A stretch of DNA of 64,000 bases, taken from a virus. The translations under genes and the position numbers were made by a program. The DNA lies in the IMG/VR virus record IMGVR_UViG_3300031951_000076, positions 24,671 through 88,670 of that record, one strand, 5' to 3'. This document shows, one piece after another, positions 11,201 to 20,581 of this stretch. Positions within the stretch are counted from its first letter, which is position 1. The number at the start of each line of letters is the position of its first letter. The notes beneath the pieces are model-generated. The model was not told the origin of the DNA, searched no databases, and worked only from the letters and a program-made list of their open reading frames with translations.

Positions 11201-11654
11201 GTTTAGGTTGTATATCTTGACATTCTCCTGTAACTAGATTTTTTTCTTTACCATCAGGGCAACCACCTATTGCTTGTTTAAAATCAGAGCCTGGTTTAGG
11301 AATTGTAAAGTTTCCATCAGCTTGTAAATTACCATCTACAAGTTTAGTTTTTGGAAGAGTTATTGTTTTATCTGGATCTGGAACACATTTACCTAATATA
11401 AAGTCATATTTATATGTAGGATCATCACATTGTGTTTGAGCAAAAAATCCATTTTTATTTATACCAAATGGATTTTTGTTCTCTCCAGTTATTGTAAAAG
11501 GATCTTTTTTATTATATAATGAATAATCATTCTCTGGTAAACTAATTTTATCAGGAATACATTTATCACCAACAGGTATATAACCTGGATCACAATTAGG
11601 AGGGGTACCCCCTATAACCATTTTAGGCAAACCTGTTATTCTAATTCTAGGCAT
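8277..11654 (-). CDS. Virion cargo protein (crAss-like cargo-type, 1125 aa)
   Basis: Block EAEKDET...GGKRHTEGGTPLNVPEGSFIFSD resembles the conserved crAss-like cargo motif; N-terminal Cys hairpin repeats; several xxxGG motifs; C-terminal coiled coil. Confidence 0.7.
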   Translation of the reverse strand: MPRIRITGLPKMVIGGTPPNCDPGYIPVGDKCIPDKISLPENDYSLYNKKDPFTITGENKNPFGINKNGFFAQTQCDDPTYKYDFILGKCVPDPDKTITLPKTKLVDGNLQADGNFTIPKPGSDFKQAIGGCPDGKEKNLVTGECQDIQPKQKKQKKDKPGTWMERTSKNILGTALIAQPIIDYFTDRKQQKKFNKWWAETKLLDNSLTAKEPDKGDVFGLTGEYKPDKRGFKSKGMYTNPIFQPSNVVKHGGTPITSNMKKIKIRIIDDGLNQMNFGGINSVDDISQLEEYNKNLEQFRPRDPNEGLRTNLLNAYDLMRNINKPGYGMFEDYYRKKYNPYGMTQQPGNKKQGWFFATGGQPMTYSGQLGYGLNLGQKRIYTDMPPEKSETLSKTLKPVPRSKANIEAEKDETIFGDVDGDGALEHMLIGGKRHTEGGTPLNVPEGSFIFSDTEKLRIKDEKILKMFGMPPSKKGYTPAEIAKKYDINKYKAVIEDKNADELKKSTAQLMVKTYQKKLAQLALIQEQMKGFPQGIPDVVKNIMPELAEMEGPSKEVVNQEDNQQAPMAPSQEQQMGQEPPMRRGGSVSRLGMYIRGGLTVVDPTTTQAPGYYDQSKTPDKKASLKDPKYAKMQELLAKKAKAEGGKYYVSNLTEDEANELAALITYFGLQHDDETDDKGTPIKGYQITQNSTEGLTWVQKDAKGQDEKVGFFGGVTPQMFENKVLRALYPDPNTLKGMSDIQKRRIFFKNLLIDHTKYTDEQLKDVKKLYTDPDFFNNVFYPAFAKTFEASDYRKEMKDDKKIGLEHLDQFKYQPPAITTNTQAKQYVCTDQGPAVYNAATHTGLTVYSSYAEAQKACYKGAGTFDGKNIQMPFQYMTPDLVTMAAAAAVPPRKYFPWSQQLPFEPADLVLEDWKARAHQRQSQMNKMWEILNTYSPSSAVGANLANLQAQQAEGVVSDIAEIDSKNVAIAKEFAQNEAQRRERNTAANIGRSQELWDKNVLLNQNYDNARRAYLNTNAKAFGQAWKNRMYLGLLNNVNQMYPVDPLTGRSYYNEYAGQDWDDFGASSGSYTLEGFSKLKGDLMERGLSDKKAEEEAWNMINNSDKKDKDSRRRQILSDYQGLMG

Positions 11655-11664
11655 AATGTATAAT

Positions 11665-14600
11665 TTAAATTATTTCAAATTTAATTCCTTTTCTTCTAAG
11701 TTCTTTTAATTCTTCTTCTGTAACTTCCATTTCTTGACCAACCATTCCACCTTGAGCATACATGCCCCCACCATACATACCCATTGGCATTTGTTGAGGT
11801 GGAGCTTGTTGTTGAGGTTGTGCAGGTCCAGCACCTTGTTGTGATGCTTGTATCTGTTGCATAACCATTTCAACAGCTTGTTGTGCAAGTTCTTCAGGAA
11901 CACCTTGTTGAACTAAGTTTTGCATAATTTGTTCAGGAGGCATTTGTTGTTGCATCATTTGTATAACCATTTGAACAACTTGTTGCATTTGTTCTTCAGA
12001 TATTTGTGAAGCTTGTTCACCTTGTTGTGGTGGCATTCCTTGTTCAGGTGCTGCTGCACCTTGTTGTTGCATCATCATAGCTTCTTCAGGTGTCATACCA
12101 CCTTCAGCATATACAAATCTACTTAATGGATTTACTGGTTGAAAAGGATTATAAAATCCACCATCTTCAAAACCTTGATTACCATTCCATGTACCTGTAT
12201 ATGCACCACCATCTTCACTCATAGTCATTTCTGAATTTTCATAACAATTACCCCCCCAACAGTCACCTTGACGCTTTATACCTCTTTGTATTTGTCTATC
12301 CATTTTTCTTTGCATGCGATTAAGTTTTCTATTACTTGGAAAGGGATCATCACTTCTTCTTTCTTTTTTAGGTATTGGTTTAACATATTGATCAGGATAC
12401 CAAGTATGTTCTCTTCCAAAAATATTATAAGTGTAAGGAGTTTGACCATAAGGGTTTTGATTACTATATGCAACATCTTCAGGTATATTATGTCTTTTTC
12501 TAAACCATACTTCAGGATGTGCTAATGTAGCACCAACAGATCCTGCTAATGCTCTAAAAGGACTAACGGTTCCATCAGATCTTACACCTTTATTTACATA
12601 CCCAAATAAATCATTATAAAAAGGTGTCATATGTTCTGTATAACCTTGACTAACTAAATCAGCTGCAGCTTTTTCTCTACCTTTTCTAACATTATATCCT
12701 GGAGGACATTTACAATCATATTCTGGGCAAAGACAATTATCTACCTGACCTGCTGTTTCATAAACATCTCCACCATAAGCATAATTTACAGAATAATCAG
12801 AACCAAGTCCATATTTAGGTAAGTTAGCACCATAAGATATATCACCATATTGTGGTATAAATGGTCCAGCTTCACCACCTTCTTCTTTTCTACGACCTTT
12901 TTTACCTTTATTTTTACCAGCTTGCTGTCTTTTTTGATAGTTAGCTGCATTCTCTCTTCTTTTCTGATCTTTCTTTTCTTGCTCTATTTGTTCTTTAGTT
13001 TTATTTTCAGTAGCTTGTTTTTCATTTTCTGCTCTTACTCTTTCTTCTTCTATTCTTTGTGCCTCTTGTTGATTATTAAAAACTTCAAACTGACCTGTAG
13101 CACCTTTTTGTTTTGCTTCAGCTATTAATTCAGCTACTGTTTTTTGATTTTGAGCAACAGGTCCTTTACTTTTTTCTTTCGGTGTTGTTTCTGTAGATCC
13201 AGTTGTCTCAGTACCTGTTGTCTCTGCACCTGCTGTTTCTGCACCACCTGTTTGTGTACTTGTTCCTGCGTCTGAAGTAAATAATGAAAGTCTATCTTTT
13301 CTGTCTTTAATAGCTCTTTCAACTATTTTTTGATTATTTTTGTTTAAGTTAGCACGTCTTTCATTTTCTGGAGTATTGTCCCATTTATCCCATATTTCTT
13401 TACGTTCTTTCATTTCCTCTTCAGTGAGAGGTATTTCATACTGATCATTGTCAATTTCAAATTTTAGAGCATTAGTATCCCAGTTTGTAGTAAAATAATA
13501 GTTTTTGCCTGCATCACTCTCTAAAAAAGACAATTGTTTTTCTAATGTTTCTTTGTCTTTAGGTAATCTTAAGTTTTCCTGTTCTGCAGATGTAGAAGAT
13601 GTTGGTGTTTCTGTACTTGTTGAAGAAGTAGGTGTTCCTTCGTTAATAGGTACAATTTCAAAGTCTGATTCTGATTCATTAGTTGATGAAGATGATGCAG
13701 GACGTCTTCTTGTTTTATTCATTTCTTGCCATCTTTCTTTAGTAGGTATATCCTTTAACATTTCTTTTGCTTCTTCAAGTGTAGCACCATTTTCCAAAAG
13801 ACGATTGATATCATATTTACCACGTGTATAACCTCTAGCAAGCACTTCATTCATATATGCTGTCTGACTTGCTTTAAAATTTTTTAATTCAGCTTCAGAT
13901 AATTTAGATCTATCTATTTCTCCAACATTACCCCATCTTCTTTGTATAGGTACTTTAGACTTATTGTATCCATATCCTATTGCTTTGTTTCCTAGATATG
14001 CACCAAGTAGATATCCAGGACCTGTAACATACCATGGATAATCTGTTTTGTTTTGATCATTTAATATTATTTGTTCACCCTGATTAATTTGATTATCTGT
14101 AGGTATACCTATACTATCTTTTGTACCTTGAGTAGGCATTGGTATGTCTAAAGTATCTGAAAAAGGATTAACAATTACAGCATTACCCTGTTTAATTACT
14201 TTATTTGTCTCTTCATTACCAGCACCTGCAGTTGTATCAGGTTCAGCAATAACTTGATCCATTAACTGCTCCATACTCATTGTAGTAGTGTTTGTCAAAA
14301 CAGAATTTAAATAATTATCATAACTCTGTTTAAATGCATCATAACTAGGATAGTTTTCTACATTAGGCAATGTTTCTAAACTTCCAGTACCAAACATTGG
14401 TACTTGCATACCAAGATCAGCTCTTGGCACTCTACCACCCCAAGCCATCATACCTTGTTGCATTCCTGGCTGTTGCATACCTTGTTGTTGCATACCAGCT
14501 GGCTTCTTCATTTGCATTTGTCTCTGAAGCTGATTGTTAAATGCTGTAACAATACCAGGTGCTTGGTCATCAGGTATACCCATACCAATTAACTCTTCAA

Positions 14601-14745
14601 CAATTTGAACATCAGTGAAACCTTGTTGTTTCATCTGCATCATAAACTGAAGAATTTGTTGTTGAGATGTTTCAGAATCTTGAGATGGTTGGTCCATTTC
14701 CATTCCATACATTGCTTTACGTAAATTGTAGTTGTTGTAATACAT
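11665..14745 (-). CDS. Low-complexity Gln/Met-rich putative virion cargo protein (1026 aa)
   Basis: Q/M-rich termini with a duplicated helical module, many xxxGG motifs, one hydrophobic segment (PWYVTGPGYLLGAYLG). Confidence 0.65.
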   Translation of the reverse strand: MYYNNYNLRKAMYGMEMDQPSQDSETSQQQILQFMMQMKQQGFTDVQIVEELIGMGIPDDQAPGIVTAFNNQLQRQMQMKKPAGMQQQGMQQPGMQQGMMAWGGRVPRADLGMQVPMFGTGSLETLPNVENYPSYDAFKQSYDNYLNSVLTNTTTMSMEQLMDQVIAEPDTTAGAGNEETNKVIKQGNAVIVNPFSDTLDIPMPTQGTKDSIGIPTDNQINQGEQIILNDQNKTDYPWYVTGPGYLLGAYLGNKAIGYGYNKSKVPIQRRWGNVGEIDRSKLSEAELKNFKASQTAYMNEVLARGYTRGKYDINRLLENGATLEEAKEMLKDIPTKERWQEMNKTRRRPASSSSTNESESDFEIVPINEGTPTSSTSTETPTSSTSAEQENLRLPKDKETLEKQLSFLESDAGKNYYFTTNWDTNALKFEIDNDQYEIPLTEEEMKERKEIWDKWDNTPENERRANLNKNNQKIVERAIKDRKDRLSLFTSDAGTSTQTGGAETAGAETTGTETTGSTETTPKEKSKGPVAQNQKTVAELIAEAKQKGATGQFEVFNNQQEAQRIEEERVRAENEKQATENKTKEQIEQEKKDQKRRENAANYQKRQQAGKNKGKKGRRKEEGGEAGPFIPQYGDISYGANLPKYGLGSDYSVNYAYGGDVYETAGQVDNCLCPEYDCKCPPGYNVRKGREKAAADLVSQGYTEHMTPFYNDLFGYVNKGVRSDGTVSPFRALAGSVGATLAHPEVWFRKRHNIPEDVAYSNQNPYGQTPYTYNIFGREHTWYPDQYVKPIPKKERRSDDPFPSNRKLNRMQRKMDRQIQRGIKRQGDCWGGNCYENSEMTMSEDGGAYTGTWNGNQGFEDGGFYNPFQPVNPLSRFVYAEGGMTPEEAMMMQQQGAAAPEQGMPPQQGEQASQISEEQMQQVVQMVIQMMQQQMPPEQIMQNLVQQGVPEELAQQAVEMVMQQIQASQQGAGPAQPQQQAPPQQMPMGMYGGGMYAQGGMVGQEMEVTEEELKELRRKGIKFEII

Positions 14746-14755
14746 ATAATTTTAT

Positions 14756-17700
14756 TTATTGTTTCTTTGAACTATTTAAAATTTGTTCTAAAATACTTTG
14801 ATATTCTGGATTTGTTTTTAAAACAAAAGCATTATTTTTAAAATCGTATAATTGTCTATTTTTTTTGTTTAAGTTAAAATCACTTTTTAAATAATCATCA
14901 ACTAATTTTCCATCAGAAGTTCTTGTATCAATAGTAAATATTTTACCATTAAGATTAAGATTATAACTAGTATCTCTACCCTGCGCATACGCAGTTGGAA
15001 ATTCTATTTTCTTTGGAACTACAACAGGTTTATATTCTGGAGTTGATTTTGTTTCTGTACTTGTTGTATTGGCTCCTGTACCTGTAGTACTTATTGTACT
15101 TGTATTAGTTGGCGTAACTGTAGTTGGTTTAGTAGATGGTGATCTATGTATACTTGGATCATAAAATTTTTCACTTATAGGATCCCACATAAATTCAAAA
15201 GGAGCTGTTCCAGTTGCTTCCTGCCAACCATAATCACCTATTCTAAAAGCAGGTGCACCTGATCTACCAAAACCTGTCATTGCTGTAGCTGGTCCCCAAT
15301 AAGCGTTATGTACAAATCTAACAGGTGTACCTGCGAATGTCATACCTTTACCCAAGAGATTTTTTCCACTATAATTTCCTAGAATATCTCTACTAGCATT
15401 TATAATTGATGTTCCAGGTGCTTTAGCAAATTGTCTAATACCAGCTGTTGAACCAACACCTCCCACTGGTGTACTCAAAAATCCTTGAAACCCTACGTTA
15501 GCTGCATTTAAAAAAACATTACCAGCTCCATATAAACTAGGATCTTTATAAAAATTTTTTCCAGAAGTTACAAGATCTCTGCCTGCTTGTTCTACAACTG
15601 GTAAATTTTGAAATCCTAAAAGACCTGGATTTTGTTTTCTATCACTTCTCTCATACATCATCGCCTCCTGTGAATTTATATCTTCACCATAATTATTATA
15701 AACAGGATTAGGTTCTCCAACTTTATTTGCAAGATATCTAGTTCCTTTTGCAACATCCATTAGTGTACCTGTTGCAATATCACCTACAAAATTTGTTACA
15801 GGTGAATACCAGGCATTTGATTTACCTGCTCCAGTAGCATTTCTATAATTATTTCCAAACTCACTTGTATTAAAGAAATTTTTTACAAAGTCATTACTAT
15901 TATATAGCTTTTGTAAATTTGGTGCATATTGTTTCCAATCTTGTTCTGATGTATAACCTGCACTTCTTTGTGTAATACCTTGAACAGCATTTCTTAATCT
16001 GTCATCTGTCCAGTCACTATATTGACCTGGTTTAATTAACCAACCATCACCATAACCAGTCGCACGCAATCCGTTTTTATGAATATATTGCAAAGTTTCA
16101 TTTAACTTTTGTTCTACTGGATCTCCTGTTTCTGGATTAGTTTGACTATACATTCCATATCCACGACTTGGATCGCTTTCAGGACGTTTTTTCTCAAGAT
16201 CTACATTTTTATAATATGGACTATTTTTATAAAACTCTTCAGCACCCTGTGGAATAACTACACTTGGACCAACAACTAACGGCAATTTATTTTTATCTGC
16301 AAAATTACCAGCCATTCTTTTAGAATCTGTAGTGAAAGCACCTTTTTTATTTGTTTGAAAAACATTTACATCTAATTCATCATAGTATACACAGTTTCCA
16401 TCTACATTAATTCTTAATCTACCGTTTTCATCTGGAGGACATTGAAACTCTTTTTCTTTTCTATTATACTTAGGTAATTCATCTTTACCACCATACATAT
16501 ATACTTCATCAAAATATTTCCCAAGTTCTTCTTCTGTTGGTTGAACATATTCAATTTCAACACCTTGTGGCGTATACTTAGGTTTACCTGTAGGAGCCAT
16601 TGGATCTTCAAAATTCCATTCAAGATTACTTGGTGTTTGATAAAACGAAGGCCACGGTTTATTCATGCGCTGCTTTATCCACAATGCTTTTCTTTCTTCA
16701 TAAGGAAGGTCATCAGCAGAAATAACAATTTCTTGTAATTGTTTAATGTCTTTATAATCTGGAGGTAATGTAGTTGTTGAAGTTAATTCAAAGCCATTAA
16801 ATGCTTTTGGTAAAAACTTTTTTAACTGCCCACCTTGTTTCTTTTGTTCTATTGCTCCTGCTGTTTTCATTCCCAATCCTAATGTTGTTGCACCAAGCCC
16901 TATTTGATTTAAAGATTTTATTAATGCAGGCATATTAAAATCTTTTACATTAACTCCAAAAAGATAACTATGACCTTCTTTTATCATATCTTGTAATCCT
17001 TTTTCAATTTCTGGAATATCTTTTTCTGTATAAACTCTATCTCCTTTAATATCTTTTAATTTATCAATTCTTAGTTCATTTTGTACAGCAAATACTTCTT
17101 CTTCTGGCATTCCAAAATTATTCTTTTTTATCATTGGGCTCCAAGCTTCACCAGCAATTTCTTTTTCAGCATCTGTAGCTTCAAGTCTAATAGATCTACT
17201 GTGGGTTGTTTCATGCAGAGCATCTGTGTATGCAGATGTTGAAGGAATATTACTAGTATATGGTGCATTTTTATTTACTAGTACAACATCATTTAAATCT
17301 CCATAACCTCTTGCTCCATATTGACCAGGTTGTTCTCCTAAATACTGTTCTATTGAAAGACTTGGATTATGTTTTAATCTATAAGCTTCATATAATTTAA
17401 GTGCTTCTGGATCATCAATAAATCTTGCTTGTTGATTAGTTACTGAAAAATCTGGAAGTTTTACAGCTCCTACTTGTCTAGGTCTAAACGCTTCAAGTTT
17501 TGCTCTATTTGCTGGAGACTGAGAAAAAATTGTAGCATCTTGATTTGCTCTAGCAATATCTGCATCTAGTAAAGCATTTGATTCTATTTTAATAGGTTTA
17601 AATGTTGAAGGATTAAACTTATAAGCATTTTTTACAGCCCCTTGTGTAAGATATTCACCTACTCTTGGAGCAGCTTTTGCAATACCTTTAATTCCTGCAC

Positions 17701-20581
17701 TAATAGCGGCTTCTAATAATGTACCTACCTCAATAGCTTTTAAAATTTTATCAGCTTCTGCTCTTTTCTTATCTATGTATTCTTGACTGTGTCCAGCACC
17801 CTCCATAAACCCTAAATCCTTTCTACGTTTGTTTACTTGTTCTGTGAACTCTCTAGCTTTTTGTTTTTCTTTTTCTGTTCTTGTATCTGGACCAATTGTT
17901 GTTCTTGTTCTTGCTGCTTGTTCCTTTTTTTGTTTTAATCTAGCAGCACCAACTATTTCAGCCATTATTCGCTCATTACTCTTAATACCTGTTTGTTGAG
18001 CAATATCACCCTGACGCATGGCTTTTTCTTGAGCAGCAATAGACATTTTTAGATCAGCAAGAGTGCCACATTGACCATTAGGTAGCTGAATTTGTGGTTC
18101 ACCATTTGGACCAGGAGGACATTTGACTTCACCTCTTGTTTGAAACTTAGGTAGTGACCCACCTTTATCATATATATTACCACCAAAAGCTTTATTTTGT
18201 TTTTCATTAATATATTGACCAACTTGTGCAGGTGTTATTTCATAATCAGATTGTATATCATAATCACTTGGCGCATATTCAGTTCTTAGTCTTCCACCAG
18301 CTGACGTATATTTGTCGTATTGATCGCTTCTTATTAATTGATTTGTTCCAGGTATACGCTTATAATAAATTCTTCCTTCTATTTCAAATGGTTTATTAAA
18401 TTTATCAGCTATATCACCAACTACAACATTTTTATCCATAGCTTTTAAAATATTTTCACCAACATGCTTATTATTTATTTTAAAATCTTTAATCTTTTGG
18501 TAATTTTTTGGAGACATGTGCTTAAATGCAAATTCATTTGCATTTAATTTATAAGTATCTAAATCCCAAATATCATTATACTGAAAATACTGACCTTTAT
18601 CATCTTCTCCTTTTGTTACAGTGTGCTTACCCATGATCAAGTCTCCAAAAGGCTTAATAAAACTTTCTTCACCACCAACATGTTTTTCTTTTTCATCTTC
18701 AGGTTCAGGTGCTCCATATATTTTTACAAGTTCATCAAAATCTTCTTGTGTTATGATTATAGGAAATGCTTCTTTATAATCATTTATTTCAAAAGCACCT
18801 TTTTTATATCTAGAAGGACTAAAAGAATTACGTGTTTGAGGTAATCCTAAATAAAGTCTAAAAGCATCATGTTCTGCAGTAGCAACTCTATCATCATAAT
18901 CATTAAAAATTATTTTACCATTTTCTTTACTATCTTTTCCAGTTAAAGCAAGCGATGCAACTCGCACTGGATCAATAGCATACCCAGCAGTTGTATTTAA
19001 TTTTCCTAAGTTCAATCTTGTTTCATTAGGATTATAAACACGTTGATCGCTAGTTATACCATATTGTTGCATTTCTTGAGCATCAGTTCCACCCCATCCT
19101 GTTGTGTATCTTTTATTACCCCACATAAATTCTTTTTCACCTGCTCTCTTAGCTCTTTCATAAGCTCCTTCAAACGTATATTTTGAATAGTCATCAACAC
19201 CCCAGTTAAAAGGATTTACATAACTAAGCCAATTTCTATCTTGTCGTTTTGGTCCTGTAACAACTACATCTTCTTCATTTTTTACAAAATCATCACCCAT
19301 CTTTTCATAGTTCCCTTGCTGAAGTTGACTTTCTGTAGGAACATAGTATTGACTTGGACTAATTGTTGTTGTTTGTGTTGTTTGAAAACCAGTATATCCA
19401 CCTGGTGCAAATTTTTGTTTTTGACCTCCTTTTTCTTTAAAGAAGTCAAATATATTAGATGCTTGAGGATTATTTTGTTGTTCTTGTAATTTTTCAATTT
19501 CTTTTTTAGATAAAACAAAATTCATCCTAAACATGTCGTTCTTAGTAGGATCACCTTCAGGATTAGCTACTTCAGTTGATCTAACTTTATTTCTTAAATT
19601 TTGATATAAATTATCACCTTTAAAGTTTTTTTCACCTGTATTCCAATCGTATACATCTGTATAATAAACATCACCTGTTTGTGGATCTGTCCAGTATCTT
19701 CCTCTACCAATCGTACTTGCTAATGTAAAACCTGGATTAGACAAACTTTTCCAAACTAATTCACCTTTACCGATTTTTCCTTTATTAAACCAATTTGTAA
19801 AATCATCTGCTGAACCATATCCTAATCCACCATAATCTGTATATTCTGTACCTGAATTATCTAAACCAGTTCTTTTTTTAGAGTTTTGAATAACATTCCA
19901 AAGAATTAATTTTTGCTCATCTGTCAAAGATTCATTGTTCATTCTAGCATCACCAAATACTTGTTTAGCTAACATTTGAGAAACATTCGCTGGTACAGGC
20001 ATCAAATTTCTAAATGTATTTGCGCCACTTGCATCTACGTTTGTATAAGTATTATCTTTAAAACTTACTCTTTTATTTTTTGATTTAGTTTGTTTTTTAT
20101 TTAGTCCTGCAGAATTTTGAATTTGTGTATTTGTAAGTACAACAGGTTTTTGAATATTTGGTCTTGTACTTTCTGCAACAATTCTACTTTCTGGAAACTT
20201 CTTTCTTTTTTCTTCTTCTCTTTTTCGCATTTCCATTAAAATAGAAGAAGCTGTTTGAGGTTTCATTGTGGTTGTAAATGTTGTTTTAAAACCACCTGGT
20301 TCAAAATTAGTTAATACATCTTTCTTGTAATTTCTCTTACCATATATACCAGCAAAGGATTCGCCACCTTGTTTAGCAGGCATTAAAAAACCACCATTAA
20401 AAAATCTAAGTTTAGGATCTACACGCTGTTCAGGTTCAGAACTTTCAAAAATTCTTTTACGAAAAGCATATCCATTATCACCACCTAATTCTAAATTTGG
20501 CAATAAACTTCTTTCAGCTGTTTTTTGTTTTGTTAGCTTCTGATGATAATAGTTAGATAATATTGAATCATTTTTTTTCAT
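14756..20581 (-). CDS. Large modular virion/cargo protein (1941 aa) with zincin-like HETTH domain
   Basis: Long ORF coupled to the muzzle gene (TAATG overlap at 20581); HETTH at 17201-17215 with downstream EEEVFA; modules separated by xxxGG motifs. Confidence 0.7.
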   Translation of the reverse strand: MKKNDSILSNYYHQKLTKQKTAERSLLPNLELGGDNGYAFRKRIFESSEPEQRVDPKLRFFNGGFLMPAKQGGESFAGIYGKRNYKKDVLTNFEPGGFKTTFTTTMKPQTASSILMEMRKREEEKRKKFPESRIVAESTRPNIQKPVVLTNTQIQNSAGLNKKQTKSKNKRVSFKDNTYTNVDASGANTFRNLMPVPANVSQMLAKQVFGDARMNNESLTDEQKLILWNVIQNSKKRTGLDNSGTEYTDYGGLGYGSADDFTNWFNKGKIGKGELVWKSLSNPGFTLASTIGRGRYWTDPQTGDVYYTDVYDWNTGEKNFKGDNLYQNLRNKVRSTEVANPEGDPTKNDMFRMNFVLSKKEIEKLQEQQNNPQASNIFDFFKEKGGQKQKFAPGGYTGFQTTQTTTISPSQYYVPTESQLQQGNYEKMGDDFVKNEEDVVVTGPKRQDRNWLSYVNPFNWGVDDYSKYTFEGAYERAKRAGEKEFMWGNKRYTTGWGGTDAQEMQQYGITSDQRVYNPNETRLNLGKLNTTAGYAIDPVRVASLALTGKDSKENGKIIFNDYDDRVATAEHDAFRLYLGLPQTRNSFSPSRYKKGAFEINDYKEAFPIIITQEDFDELVKIYGAPEPEDEKEKHVGGEESFIKPFGDLIMGKHTVTKGEDDKGQYFQYNDIWDLDTYKLNANEFAFKHMSPKNYQKIKDFKINNKHVGENILKAMDKNVVVGDIADKFNKPFEIEGRIYYKRIPGTNQLIRSDQYDKYTSAGGRLRTEYAPSDYDIQSDYEITPAQVGQYINEKQNKAFGGNIYDKGGSLPKFQTRGEVKCPPGPNGEPQIQLPNGQCGTLADLKMSIAAQEKAMRQGDIAQQTGIKSNERIMAEIVGAARLKQKKEQAARTRTTIGPDTRTEKEKQKAREFTEQVNKRRKDLGFMEGAGHSQEYIDKKRAEADKILKAIEVGTLLEAAISAGIKGIAKAAPRVGEYLTQGAVKNAYKFNPSTFKPIKIESNALLDADIARANQDATIFSQSPANRAKLEAFRPRQVGAVKLPDFSVTNQQARFIDDPEALKLYEAYRLKHNPSLSIEQYLGEQPGQYGARGYGDLNDVVLVNKNAPYTSNIPSTSAYTDALHETTHSRSIRLEATDAEKEIAGEAWSPMIKKNNFGMPEEEVFAVQNELRIDKLKDIKGDRVYTEKDIPEIEKGLQDMIKEGHSYLFGVNVKDFNMPALIKSLNQIGLGATTLGLGMKTAGAIEQKKQGGQLKKFLPKAFNGFELTSTTTLPPDYKDIKQLQEIVISADDLPYEERKALWIKQRMNKPWPSFYQTPSNLEWNFEDPMAPTGKPKYTPQGVEIEYVQPTEEELGKYFDEVYMYGGKDELPKYNRKEKEFQCPPDENGRLRINVDGNCVYYDELDVNVFQTNKKGAFTTDSKRMAGNFADKNKLPLVVGPSVVIPQGAEEFYKNSPYYKNVDLEKKRPESDPSRGYGMYSQTNPETGDPVEQKLNETLQYIHKNGLRATGYGDGWLIKPGQYSDWTDDRLRNAVQGITQRSAGYTSEQDWKQYAPNLQKLYNSNDFVKNFFNTSEFGNNYRNATGAGKSNAWYSPVTNFVGDIATGTLMDVAKGTRYLANKVGEPNPVYNNYGEDINSQEAMMYERSDRKQNPGLLGFQNLPVVEQAGRDLVTSGKNFYKDPSLYGAGNVFLNAANVGFQGFLSTPVGGVGSTAGIRQFAKAPGTSIINASRDILGNYSGKNLLGKGMTFAGTPVRFVHNAYWGPATAMTGFGRSGAPAFRIGDYGWQEATGTAPFEFMWDPISEKFYDPSIHRSPSTKPTTVTPTNTSTISTTGTGANTTSTETKSTPEYKPVVVPKKIEFPTAYAQGRDTSYNLNLNGKIFTIDTRTSDGKLVDDYLKSDFNLNKKNRQLYDFKNNAFVLKTNPEYQSILEQILNSSKKQ

